From: Octopus vulgaris
Taxonomy: Eukaryota
Assembly: GCA_951406725.2 (NCBI GenBank)
Contig: OX597829.1
Coordinates: 44,950,001-45,014,000, forward strand
Length of the DNA stretch: 64,000 nt
Direction: 5' to 3'
A program made the position numbers and the translations under genes. The notes beneath the pieces are model-generated. The model ran no database searches, was not told the DNA's origin, and was given only the letters and a program-made list of their open reading frames with translations. The stretch's first letter is position 1. Each line of letters begins with the position of its first letter. Below are positions 53,986 through 64,000 of the stretch, one piece after another.

Positions 53986-54365
53986 GGCGCAGGCGTGGCT
54001 GTGTGGTAAGAAGCTTGCTTCCCAACTACATGGTTCTGGATTCAGTCCCACTATGTGGCACCTTGGGCAAGTGTCTCCTACCATAGCTTTGGGCCGACCA
54101 AAGCCTTGTGAGTGGATTTAATAAACGGAAACTGAAGAGGCCCGTTGTATGTGTGTGTGCACGTGTGTTTGTGTTTTTGTGTTTCCCCACCACCGCCACC
54201 GCCGCTATCGCTTGACAACCGATGTTGGTGTGTTTACGTTCCTGTAATTTAGCCGTTCGGCAAAATACCCCAATAGAATAAGTACTGAGCTTACAAAAAT
54301 ATGCCGTGTCGATGCTCCAGCATGGCCGCAGGCAAATGACTGAAACAAGTAGACGAATTAAAGAA
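53986..54365 (+). mobile_element. SINE family A, full length
   Basis: ggcgcaggcgtggctgtgtggtaagaagcttgc ... gctccagcatggccgcag..atgactgaaacaagta. Confidence 0.9.
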
Positions 54366-54384
54366 TATACGTAAGATATATATC

Positions 54385-54662
54385 GTATTTTCTCTCTCTG
54401 TTTATTTCTTTGTTCCTTTCTGCCGAAGAGCGCAGGCTCGAAACGTAAAAGACTTTCCCACTTCCCAAGCGCTAAACTGATACATCTGTTTGCTGGTTAC
54501 ACACCTGTCTTCGTCTTTTGATTTGTTTGTTTTTTTGTAAATTCCAACTATATATATATATAGTTAATCCAAACATGAAAACACAAAGAGAAAACACAAC
54601 AACGCGAGGACGTGGAACAAATATAGTATTATTGGACGCTCAGGAAAGAAGGAAAGAAGGAG

Positions 54663-54665
<3 letters not shown>
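54385..54665. mobile_element. (TA)n-associated Penelope-like terminal fragments
   Basis: ccgaagagcgcaggctcgaaacgtaaaagactttc; homologous to 17870-18168. Confidence 0.5.
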
Positions 54666-54711
<46 letters not shown>

Positions 54712-55440
54712 TTCATATATTTCCGTCTATCAAGTCCTCTGCCCGCCAAGCTTTGGTCGGCCCAGCGTTGAAGTAGAAATCACTATGCACACAAACTGCC
54801 ACGCAGTGGGACCGAGCCCGGGACCATGCGGTTGAGAAACAAACTTCTTACTCTGCATCCACGCCTGTAGTCTGAATGTTTTATATGATATTGCTAATGT
54901 GCTAGTTTATAATTCGGTGCAATACATCTTGTACTCACCTTATAGTTTTTTTTATACATCAAATATGTTCATCTTTTCAACAACTAGTGTGCATTTGATC
55001 AGCGTAACACTCTTTACGTGTGATGTGTAAACTTATTAATACATGTAGTATCCTTCGTATTTATTGCATTCAATTTGGTCTTGCATTGTTCAAAGCTTCC
55101 GTCTATTTATTAGCTTCTTTATATCCTCTTTGTTAATTAATGATTGTTTAATTTTGAAGATTTCTTTTTTTGTAGTGCTTCGTTGTGGAGAAGAATTCAA
55201 ATGCTTTTCCAAATACAAATTTCAGCGCTGACATTTTACTATCTCTCAAGGTATTAACTGTTTCCATATAAGTACAGACATTTATTAACAGATTAAGCAT
55301 CAATGGATATTATATAGAATCTATGTTATAGATTGTATTAGCGTTTATGTAGTTCCTGTATCACTAAGAAGTTTATTTACAGTATTATAAAGATACACAG
55401 GTTGATGGATAGACATATAGACAAAACGGTAGTCAAATTA

Positions 55441-55481
<41 letters not shown>

Positions 55482-55501
55482 CAGATAGATAGATAGATAG
55501 G

Positions 55502-55552
<51 letters not shown>

Positions 55553-55569
55553 GTAGATAGATAGGTAGG

Positions 55570-55633
<64 letters not shown>

Positions 55634-55857
55634 CAGACAGATAGACAGACAGACAGACAGGCAGGTAGGTAGGTAGGTAGATAGGTAGGTAGGTAGGTAG
55701 GTAGTGTTAGATTTAGATGGTTAAATGGATAGAAAGTGTATGGCAGGTAGACAGGGTTAGGGGTATTGAGAGAGGATCTTTCTCAATGACATATACACAC
55801 GCGTGCATGCTCATGAACGCGCGCGCACGTACGCATACACACACACACACGTATATA

Positions 55858-56070
55858 TTTTTACATGTTTCAGTCGTATGACTGCGGCCATGCTGAAGCA
55901 TCTCTTTGAAGGGTTTTAGTCGAACAAATCGACCCCAGGATTTCTTTTAATGTTTAGTACTTATTCTATAGGATTTTTATGCTGAACTGCTAAGTTACGG
56001 GGGACGTAAACACACCAACCCTGGTTGTCAAACGGTGATGGGGGACAAACATAGACACAAAGACACACAC
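55858..56070 (-). mobile_element. SINE family A tail (head fragment also at 54715-54868)
   Basis: tgtttcagtcgtatgactgcggccatgctg..tacttattctat. Confidence 0.75.
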
Positions 56071-56234
56071 ACATGAATATACTTATACATATAATTACAC
56101 ACACACACATATATATATATGTATGCATTTGTATACATGTATGTATGTATGTATGTATGTATGTATGTATGTATGTATGTATGTATGTATGTATATATGT
56201 ATGTATGTTGTATGTATATATGTATGTATGTATG

Positions 56235-56268
<34 letters not shown>

Positions 56269-56372
56269 TGTATGTATGTATGTATGTATGTATGTATGAA
56301 AGTATGTATGTATAGTTTATTTTATGTATGTATTCACATGCATATACTTACATATATAGACATTCTCATATA

Positions 56373-57615
56373 CGAGGGGCGTATGAAAAGTTTGCGGCCT
56401 AACCTAGAAACGAGTCTGCTAGATAGCTGAAACAATTATTTCTGGTAAGTATCTTTCTTTCTGGAGTATTCTTGCTCATTTTTATGATTCTGATATTTTT
56501 ATTTATTTATTTGCAGATTTTTGAATAAACAAGTGCCGAGGCTACAAGGAAAATTGAGAAAACTGAGAATCGTGTTGTCATAAATTACCTTCATTTGAAA
56601 GACATGACTCCATCTGAAATCGATGAAGATATGGTGAGAGGCTTAACAGACAATGCTCCTTCATATGCAACAGTCAAACGTTGGGTAAATGAATTCAAGC
56701 GTGGCAGGGAGAGTGTGGAAGATTATCCCAGACCAGGGAGACCTCCAACTGCAACCACCAAGGACACCCTTGATCTTGCTCTTGGTATGATAATGCAAGA
56801 TCGCCGAATATCATGTCGTCAGCTAGCCGAGAGACTGGACATCTAAATTGAAAGAGCAGACAGCATTGTGACAAAAGAACTTCGGTTCTTAAAGGTTTTC
56901 GTAAGGTGGGTCCTTCGTGATGTGGAACTGTTTGAAGCCGATGAAGAGAATTTTCTTGCTCGTTTCATTACAACCAGTCTGAAAGTAAAGAACAATCAAA
57001 GCAAGGAGAGCACACATCTTCTCCTACCACAATGAAGGCCGGGGCCATTGCTTTTGCCAGCAAGGCCATAGCGTCCGTTTTTTTGGTATTCTCATGTTGT
57101 CTTGCCGGTCGATTACCTTGAAAAGGGTCACACCGTGACAGGACTGTATTATTCTCAGCTACTGAAACGCCTCCAAGAAGCAATCAAAGTAAAAAGGCTG
57201 GGAATGCTCACCAGGGGAGTTTTTTTTCATTACGACAATGCTCCAGGCCACACTTCAGTCGTTGCCATGGCAACAATTCGGGATTGTGGATGCGAACTTG
57301 TTCCCCATCCGCCTTATTCGCCAGACTTAGACCCCTCTGACTTTCATCTATTCCCCAAAATGAAAAAAGCCCTGGCTGGTCGCCATTTTGCCAGTGACAA
57401 TGACGTCATAGACGCTATAGGAAGTTTCTTGGAATCTCAAACAAAAGTGTTCTTCTACGCCGGGATAATGGCGCTTCATCACCGCTGGAGAAAGTGTTCA
57501 GCCATCGAGAGGGACCATGTTGAAAACTAAATCATCAGAAGTCATGTACCATGTTTGTTTTGTTTTTTTGTTGTTTGTTTGTTTTCGAGGCTCAAGGCTT
57601 TTCACACACCCCTCG
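56373..57615 (+). mobile_element. Mariner (irritans-like) transposon with disrupted transposase
   Basis: TA|cgaggggcgtatgaaaagt ... cttttcacacacccctcg|TA; SYATVKRWVNEFKRGR, HYDNAPGH, HPPYSPDLDPSDFHLF (DD34D-type); stops and deletions. Confidence 0.95.
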
Positions 57616-57619
57616 TATA

Positions 57620-57990
57620 CTTAAATCATAAACTTCTGGAAAGTTTTACTGATTTTTACAGTTCCGGTGGTGGATTAGATCTGTAGTCTCCGAATCAGCT
57701 TTCTCTTTTCTGGGCTTTGAAAAGCCTAATTTCTCAAGATTGGTACTTAGGCAGTGTGTTACGTATCCCAGGGCCTCAATAATTACAGGTATAAACCTGA
57801 ACTTAAAATCGGCATAGAGGAGCTGCATATTTCTCAATAGTTCAGCATAGATAGTCTCTTTTTCACTGATCTTCAGCTTTATGTTAACATCTGCTGGACA
57901 GCTGATTTCCACAACTGTGCACAGTTTCTCTTCTCTATCGTAAATCATTATATCAGGTCTATTGTGTTTACTTTTTACTGGGGTTTTCAC
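57620..57990 (-). mobile_element. RLE-type non-LTR retrotransposon 3' fragment (R4/NeSL-like)
   Basis: HNRPDIMIYD..VVEISCP..EKETIY..IPVIIEALG, a PD-(D/E)xK-type endonuclease. Confidence 0.8.
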
Positions 57991-58565
57991 TGGCTAAGAA
58001 GGAATATATTTACAGACACGACAGAGTTGGGATCTACATACACTGGAAGCTATGCCAACACTGTGTGGAATAACAACAGAAAAAAATGGTATAGGCACAC
58101 GCCAGATAGGTCCCAGAAAACGAGAAATCTACCATACTAGGGGATATGCCAATACACACAGATAGAGAAATTAAGGCCAATAGGCCAAATATAGTTGTCA
58201 GAGATCATGAAGAAAAAAATGCTTTCTAATTGATGTATCAATACCATCAGATGACAACGTTTCTCTAAAAGAAATGGAGAAACTTTCAAAATACAAAGAC
58301 CTGGGAATAGAGGTAATTCGAATGTGGAATCTAAAAACAGAAACAATTCCTATCATAGTAGGCTCATTAGGTATGATAAACAAATATTCAGACAAATGCA
58401 TAACAAAAACACCAGGATTTACAAATATATATAACATACAGAAAATTGCACTACTGGGCACCGCACACATCCTACGCAGAACACTTTCCATACAATAACC
58501 ATCAGAGTATCACAGTAAACCACAGCACACACCCAAGGCACACAGAGCTGCGCAAGGTAGTGAAG

Positions 58566-58599
<34 letters not shown>

Positions 58600-58636
58600 T
58601 GATGATGATGATAACAACAACAACAACAACAATAAC

Positions 58637-58698
<62 letters not shown>

Positions 58699-58700
58699 CA
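57991..58700 (+). mobile_element. R4/Dong-clade LINE 3' fragment with (TAA)n tail
   Basis: RHDRVGIYIHWKLC, REIKANRPNIVV, LIDVSIPSD, EKLSKYKDL, ALLGTAHILRRTL, then (AAT)n. Confidence 0.9.
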
Positions 58701-58774
58701 ACAAGAACTACAAAAACAACATTAAGGTGGTCAGTTGAGAGAATCTTTATCACTACCGATTAAGTTCTTAGCAG

Positions 58775-58935
58775 CTTTTCATTTACATTCTGAATTCAAA
58801 ATCCGCCGAGTGTGCCTTTGTCGTTCATCTTTTCGGGGTAAATAAAATGAGTACCAGGTGAACTCTGGGGGGTCGATCTGATCAACTTGCCCCTTCCCTA
58901 GAAATCGTTGGCCTTGAGACAAATTTAGAACGGAT
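58775..58935 (+). mobile_element. SINE family B, degraded
   Basis: ttctgaattcaaaatccgccgag..ttcatcttttcggggtaaataaaatgagtaccag. Confidence 0.7.
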
Positions 58936-59085
58936 TATTTTTATATTGGTATTTTCTTCGTGACAACTCTTGCAATTTACAATATTCATACACAAACAAT
59001 TTCTTTATATACTTACTTGCATAGAGACACGCCTCGCGCGGGCTGGTGTGTGTGTGTAATTACGTACATATATGAATAAATATGT

Positions 59086-59469
59086 GGAAGCACTCCGTCG
59101 GTTACGACGACGAGGGTTCCGGTTGATCCGAATCAACGGAACAGCCTGCTCGTGAAATTAACGTGTAAGTGGCTGAGCACTCCACAGACACGTGTACCCT
59201 TAACGTAGTTCTCGTGGAGATTCAGCGTGACACAGAGAGTGACAAGGCCGGCCCTTTGAAATACAGGTACAGCAGAAACAGGAAGTAAGAGTAAGAGAAA
59301 GTTGTGGTGAAAGAGTACAGCAGGGATCACCACCATCCCTGCCGGAGGCTCGTGGAGCTTTTAGGTGTTTTCGCTCAATAAACACTCACAACGCCCGGTC
59401 TGGGAATCGAAACCGCGATCCTATGACCGCGAGTCCGCTGCCCTAACCACTGGGCCATTGCGCCTCCAC
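59086..59469 (-). mobile_element. tRNA-derived SINE family C, full length with 13-bp TSD
   Basis: TSD tgaataaatatgt at 59073-59085 and 59470-59482; A-box tggcccagtggttagg, B-box-like ggtttcgattccc. Confidence 0.95.
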
Positions 59470-60189
59470 TGAATAAATATGTATAATTACACACACACAC
59501 ATATATTTATAAATTTATTTACGTAGCATGTCTCTTTGCAAAAGCATATTGCTGCACATGCATGGAAACATATGTAAACACATGAAGACATGCATAAGCA
59601 AACAAACCATTACGCCATTGTCTATATGTGTGTATATGCGTGTGTGTATATGTGTGGCGTGTGTGTGTATATGCGTGTGTGTGTGTATATGTGTGTATAT
59701 GTGTGTGTATATGTGTCTGTGTATATGAGTGTGTATATGTGTGTGTATATGTGTGTGTATATGTGTGTGTGTATATGTGTGTGTATATGTGTGAGTATAT
59801 GTGTGTGTGTATATGTGTGTGTATGTGTGTATATGTGTGTGTGTATGTGTGTATGTGTGTGTATATGTGTGATATATGTGTGTGTGTATATGGGTGTGTG
59901 TATATGTGTGTGTGTATATGTGTGTGTGTATGTTTGTGTATATGTGTGTGTATATGTCTGTGTATGTGCGTGTGTATATGTGTGTGTGTATGTGTGTGTG
60001 TATGTGTGTGTGTATGTGTGTGTGTATATGTGTATGTGTATATGTGTGGCGTGTGTGTGTATGGGTGTGCTTGGGTGTATGTATATGTGTTTGTGTGTCC
60101 GTCCATACATGAATGAGTGAATGCGTGTATGTGAATGTGTGTGTGTGTGTGTGCATGCTTCTGTCCAAACATCCTTATTTGCATGTGTA

Positions 60190-60229
<40 letters not shown>

Positions 60230-60485
60230 TGTCCTTGTGTCCATGTGAGTTTGTAATCCTTTTGCACTGCGTAACTCCTTTCCATTCACAATATATTCAT
60301 CCCTTCCAAAAAAAAAAAGAAGACCACTTAACTCACTCGATTAACTATACTGAATAATAGATATATCGATCTTCGCTTGCTGCGTGCTATCTGGATATTA
60401 AATTATGTGTTTATCAATAGCCACATTTCCTCCTCCACCCCTCATAATACTGCACTTCCTGTAATTGTGTGTCTCTGTGTGCATG

Positions 60486-60546
<61 letters not shown>

Positions 60547-60603
60547 TGTGTATGTGTCCATGTGTGAGCACATGATGTCAGATAACTAGAGAAATTGCTA
60601 GAG

Positions 60604-60679
<76 letters not shown>

Positions 60680-60759
60680 TGACTGATTGATTGATTGATT
60701 GATAGACAACACAGATAGACAGACGAATAAATAGATACACAAACACACGCACACACACA

Positions 60760-60812
<53 letters not shown>

Positions 60813-60821
60813 TACATACAC

Positions 60822-60865
<44 letters not shown>

Positions 60866-60907
60866 ATGTATGTACATATACATACATCCGAAATATATAT
60901 CTACATA

Positions 60908-62201
60908 CAGGGGTTGGACAAAATATTGGAAATACCAGGCATCATAGCATCATAATTTTGAAATATCAATAAAACCATCAAAAGCTTGTTTATTTTGATG
61001 TGTTTTTTATTTATTGTTCGTGTTGCTCAATATGTTTTGCTATAATTGCTGTTCCTTTTTAGATGTCAGAAAAAGGTGATTAAAATTCATTAAAATGACG
61101 GATCTGTCGGACTTTCAAAGAGGTCAAATTGTGAGGTCAAAAAGGTCAAAGAGTTCAAATAGTGCCTGCTCGTATGCCAGGCACTAGCGTAACGAAAACA
61201 GCTGAAATGTTTGGTGTATCAAGAAGTACTGTCTCGAAAGTAATGACAACCTTTGATAAAGAGGGAAGAACCTGCTCGTCGAAACAAACTCCGGAAGAAA
61301 ACCCAAACTTTCAGATAGGGACCGTCGGACTCATGCGAATTGTTAGAAAGGATCATAAAAGTACAGCTCCCAAAATTACTGCAGGGTTTAATGACCACCT
61401 CGAGAACCCAGTTTCCCCCAAAGCTGTTCGCCGGGAGGTGCACAAAGCCAGATTTCACGGGAGAGCTGCACTCAGAAAATCACTTCTTTCAAAAACAAAC
61501 GTTGCAAAGCGTTTAGAGTGGAGTAAAAACCTACAGAATTGGTCCCTAGAGCAGTGGAAGAATTATATTTTCGGACGAGTCATCCTTTACCTTATTTCCG
61601 ACCACCGGCTGAGTATACGTGTGGAAATAGCCAAAAGAAGCATTTGACCCAGACTTCTTCTAACTGTTAAACATGGAGGAGGATCTGTGATAATCTGGGG
61701 ATGCTATATCTTGGAAATCCGCCAGCCCGATGGTTTCTCTTCATGGCAAAATTAATAGTCAAAACTATTTAAGTATTTTATCTTATCAAATTCATCCTAT
61801 GTTTGCGGAACTGTTTCCGGAGGGGAATGCAATCTTTGAGGATGATAATGCACCAATTCACACAGCTAAAGTTGTTACAGAATGGCACGAAGAACATTCT
61901 AGTAAAGTTGAACATCTTATCTGGCCACCACAGTCCCCAGATCTCAATATTACTGAACGATTACGGTGCATTTTGGAGAAACAAGTAAGGAGTCGATATC
62001 CTCCACCATCATCACTACAAGAACTGCAAACTGTTTTAGCTGAAGAATGGACCAAAATTCCTTTGGAAACGATTCAAACTTTGTACGAGTCCATACTTCG
62101 TAGAATTCAAGCTGGAATTACTGCGAAAGGCGGTCCTACCCTATATTAAAAGTAATTTGTTTCAAATTTTAAGGTGTTTCCATTATTTTGTCCAGCCCCT
62201 G
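60908..62201 (+). mobile_element. Tc1 transposon with frameshifted DD34E transposase (about 61096-62149)
   Basis: TA|caggggttggacaaaatattggaaatacc ... ggtgtttccattattttgtccagcccctg|TA; FSDESSF, EDDNAPIH, WPPQSPDLNITE. Confidence 0.95.
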
Positions 62202-62479
62202 TATATCCGACATCGGCCGGCCGATGTGACGCTGTTGCTTGCTGCGGGGAGATTATCTCCCTTGTCAGTGAATAGAAAGTGTTCTGTTCAACAGAGAGCG
62301 TTCTGTTCATGGCTAAGAGTTAATTTTAATCTTATTTCTAGCTATGCACCCTTAATCACTTTTAGTGACGACTGTATTTGTGCCGTTTGGTTTTAGGATG
62401 TGTCTAGTCACTTCAATAATTTTATCTATAATATAAATTGGGCATGGGCGATTGTTGTATTCTTTTTTGTCTTGAGACT

Positions 62480-62687
62480 CACAGCCAAATGCCTGGGTGG
62501 ATTCGCATGAAAAATGGCACACATGTGGAGACGGGTGCATAGATTTGAATGCGGTCTGTGTTTTTTTCTAGCTCCCATAGTTATCGAGAAATTCAATTAA
62601 AACTTTTCTAATGGAATTCCCGTTTGTTCCGCCATTAAAACAACCAGTTTCTCACACAGCAAGGGCACGCACACACACTCACACGCA

Positions 62688-62759
<72 letters not shown>

Positions 62760-63138
62760 ACAGATCCATTTCATATATCTTCTTTCAATTTGTGCTTTGC
62801 AAATAAAATTTTTTACGGATACAACTGCTTACAAAAATAGGGATTAATGTATAATTTCTTTCTATGTTCATAATTAAATCAATGTTTTAATGATTAGACA
62901 GAAGTCAAATAGAATAGCTCTCAGAAACAGACTACATACAAATTTGTTCTTCACAACTCCTGAAGCTGTTTTCTGACAAGGTTGGGGGGGCCAGGAAATT
63001 TTCATACATCAGGAGGCTCCAATCGAAACGAACCCAAAATGATAAGGTTGAGAAACGCTGTTATAGATTATGCCCAGCCGAAAACGATCACAGCCACATC
63101 ATCCAAACAGACCGAGTGAAACCGGGCTTAGCTGCTAG
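62480..63138 (+). mobile_element. Possible Helitron-like remnant
   Basis: 3' end ccgagtgaaaccggg..CTAG|t parallels the other Helitron ends; ggattcgcatgaaa motif upstream; 5' boundary unclear. Confidence 0.45.
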
Positions 63139-63140
63139 TG

Positions 63141-63201
<61 letters not shown>

Positions 63202-63388
63202 TATAATACAAAATAAGAAAATGGAGAAATATATCTAAATCATTCATCAACTATCAGATAATACCGAATCATATACTTTATTAAAACACTACACAAGAGC
63301 ATTAAGATTAGACATTAATACAGTACGATAATTACAATCAATATAATGAGATATAACTAAATAAAATAACAAGATATAAAAATACATA

Positions 63389-63520
63389 TACATTATAGCT
63401 GACAGCTGTTTCGGCCATGCAGATAGGTATGTCCCATTTAATCTATATTAGCCATATATTACAGGTATAAATGAGACATTAACAAAAATATCTTACGGCC
63501 TCTTCGGAGATTCTAATGTA
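63389..63520 (-). ncRNA. Type I hammerhead-like motif with a large stem II insertion
   Basis: CCGAAGA-GGCCGT..(about 80 nt)..ATGGCC-GAAA-C-agct-G-TC; outer stem I tacatta/taatgta. Confidence 0.55.
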
Positions 63521-63544
63521 AGTATAAGTATGTACTCAGCGATG

Positions 63545-63786
63545 TTTTAGCCTTCGAATGACGCCACCCCGATGGCTGAGCGAGCAGGCCAACAGAAGAA
63601 AGAGTGAGAAGAAGTTGTGGCGAAAGAGTACAGCAGGGATCACCACCCCACCCCCTGCCTGAGCCTCGTAGAGCTTTTTAGGTGTTTTCGCTCAATAAAC
63701 GCTCACAACGCCCGGTCTGGGAATCGAAACTGCGATCCTACAACCGCGAGTCCGCTGCCCTAACTACTGGGCCATTGCGCCTCCAC
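63545..63786 (-). mobile_element. SINE family C (5' part)
   Basis: Near-identical to 59290-59469. Confidence 0.9.
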
Positions 63787-63933
63787 ACACACATTATATA
63801 TATATGCGCGCTTATATATGCACACTTATGCGCAAAGCATTATGCACAGTTTATTCAGTGAGTCTCACTATGTTTGCAAGGCCTGCTAGAAATATCAACC
63901 AAATCTTCTCTCAATCCTACTAAAAAAAAAAAA

Positions 63934-64000
63934 GGAAGCACTCCGTCGGTTACGACGACGAGGGTTCCGGTTGATCCGAATCAACGGTACAGCCTACTCG
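63934..64000 (-). mobile_element. SINE family C tail, cut by the window end
   Basis: Near-identical to 59086-59150. Confidence 0.9.

Noticed and set aside
54415-54465. Hammerhead ccgaaga-gcgcaggctc-gaaa-cgta (also about 17960-17990 on the - strand)
   Set aside because: Core-like, but stem I does not pair next to the core; kept only as a Penelope-like fragment
59395-59469. tRNA gene
   Set aside because: A/B boxes are present but it is the head of a TSD-flanked multi-copy SINE and lacks a proper acceptor stem

Overview
Repeat-saturated, AT-rich eukaryotic non-coding DNA (intergenic or intronic) with no supportable host protein-coding exon. The very high microsatellite density and the tRNA-derived SINE families suggest a cephalopod (Octopus-like) genome; this is an inference. 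Content: three recurring SINE families (one with a Meta-like core, one with interchangeable bodies including a V-like domain); decayed non-LTR retrotransposons (Tx1/L1, RTE, R4/Dong-type RLE, CR1/L2-like, Penelope-like ends); Tc1 and mariner fossils and MITEs; a hAT MITE; non-autonomous Helitrons; a foldback MITE; degenerate interstitial telomeric repeats; and a 100-N gap (3135-3234). Most ORFs in the track are microsatellite artefacts. The most interesting signal is RNA-level. There are several hammerhead-ribozyme-like motifs in (TA)n-associated, Penelope-like fragments. Two of them (48552-48636 and 17730-17819) are unrelated in sequence but carry all hammerhead core elements and stems in the same non-standard, crossed strand order. 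Several conventional type I motifs share a C at core position 4. Unique islands rich in Hox/Pbx/Meis-type motifs may be enhancers. Repeat boundaries are read by eye and are approximate unless TIR or TSD positions are given.
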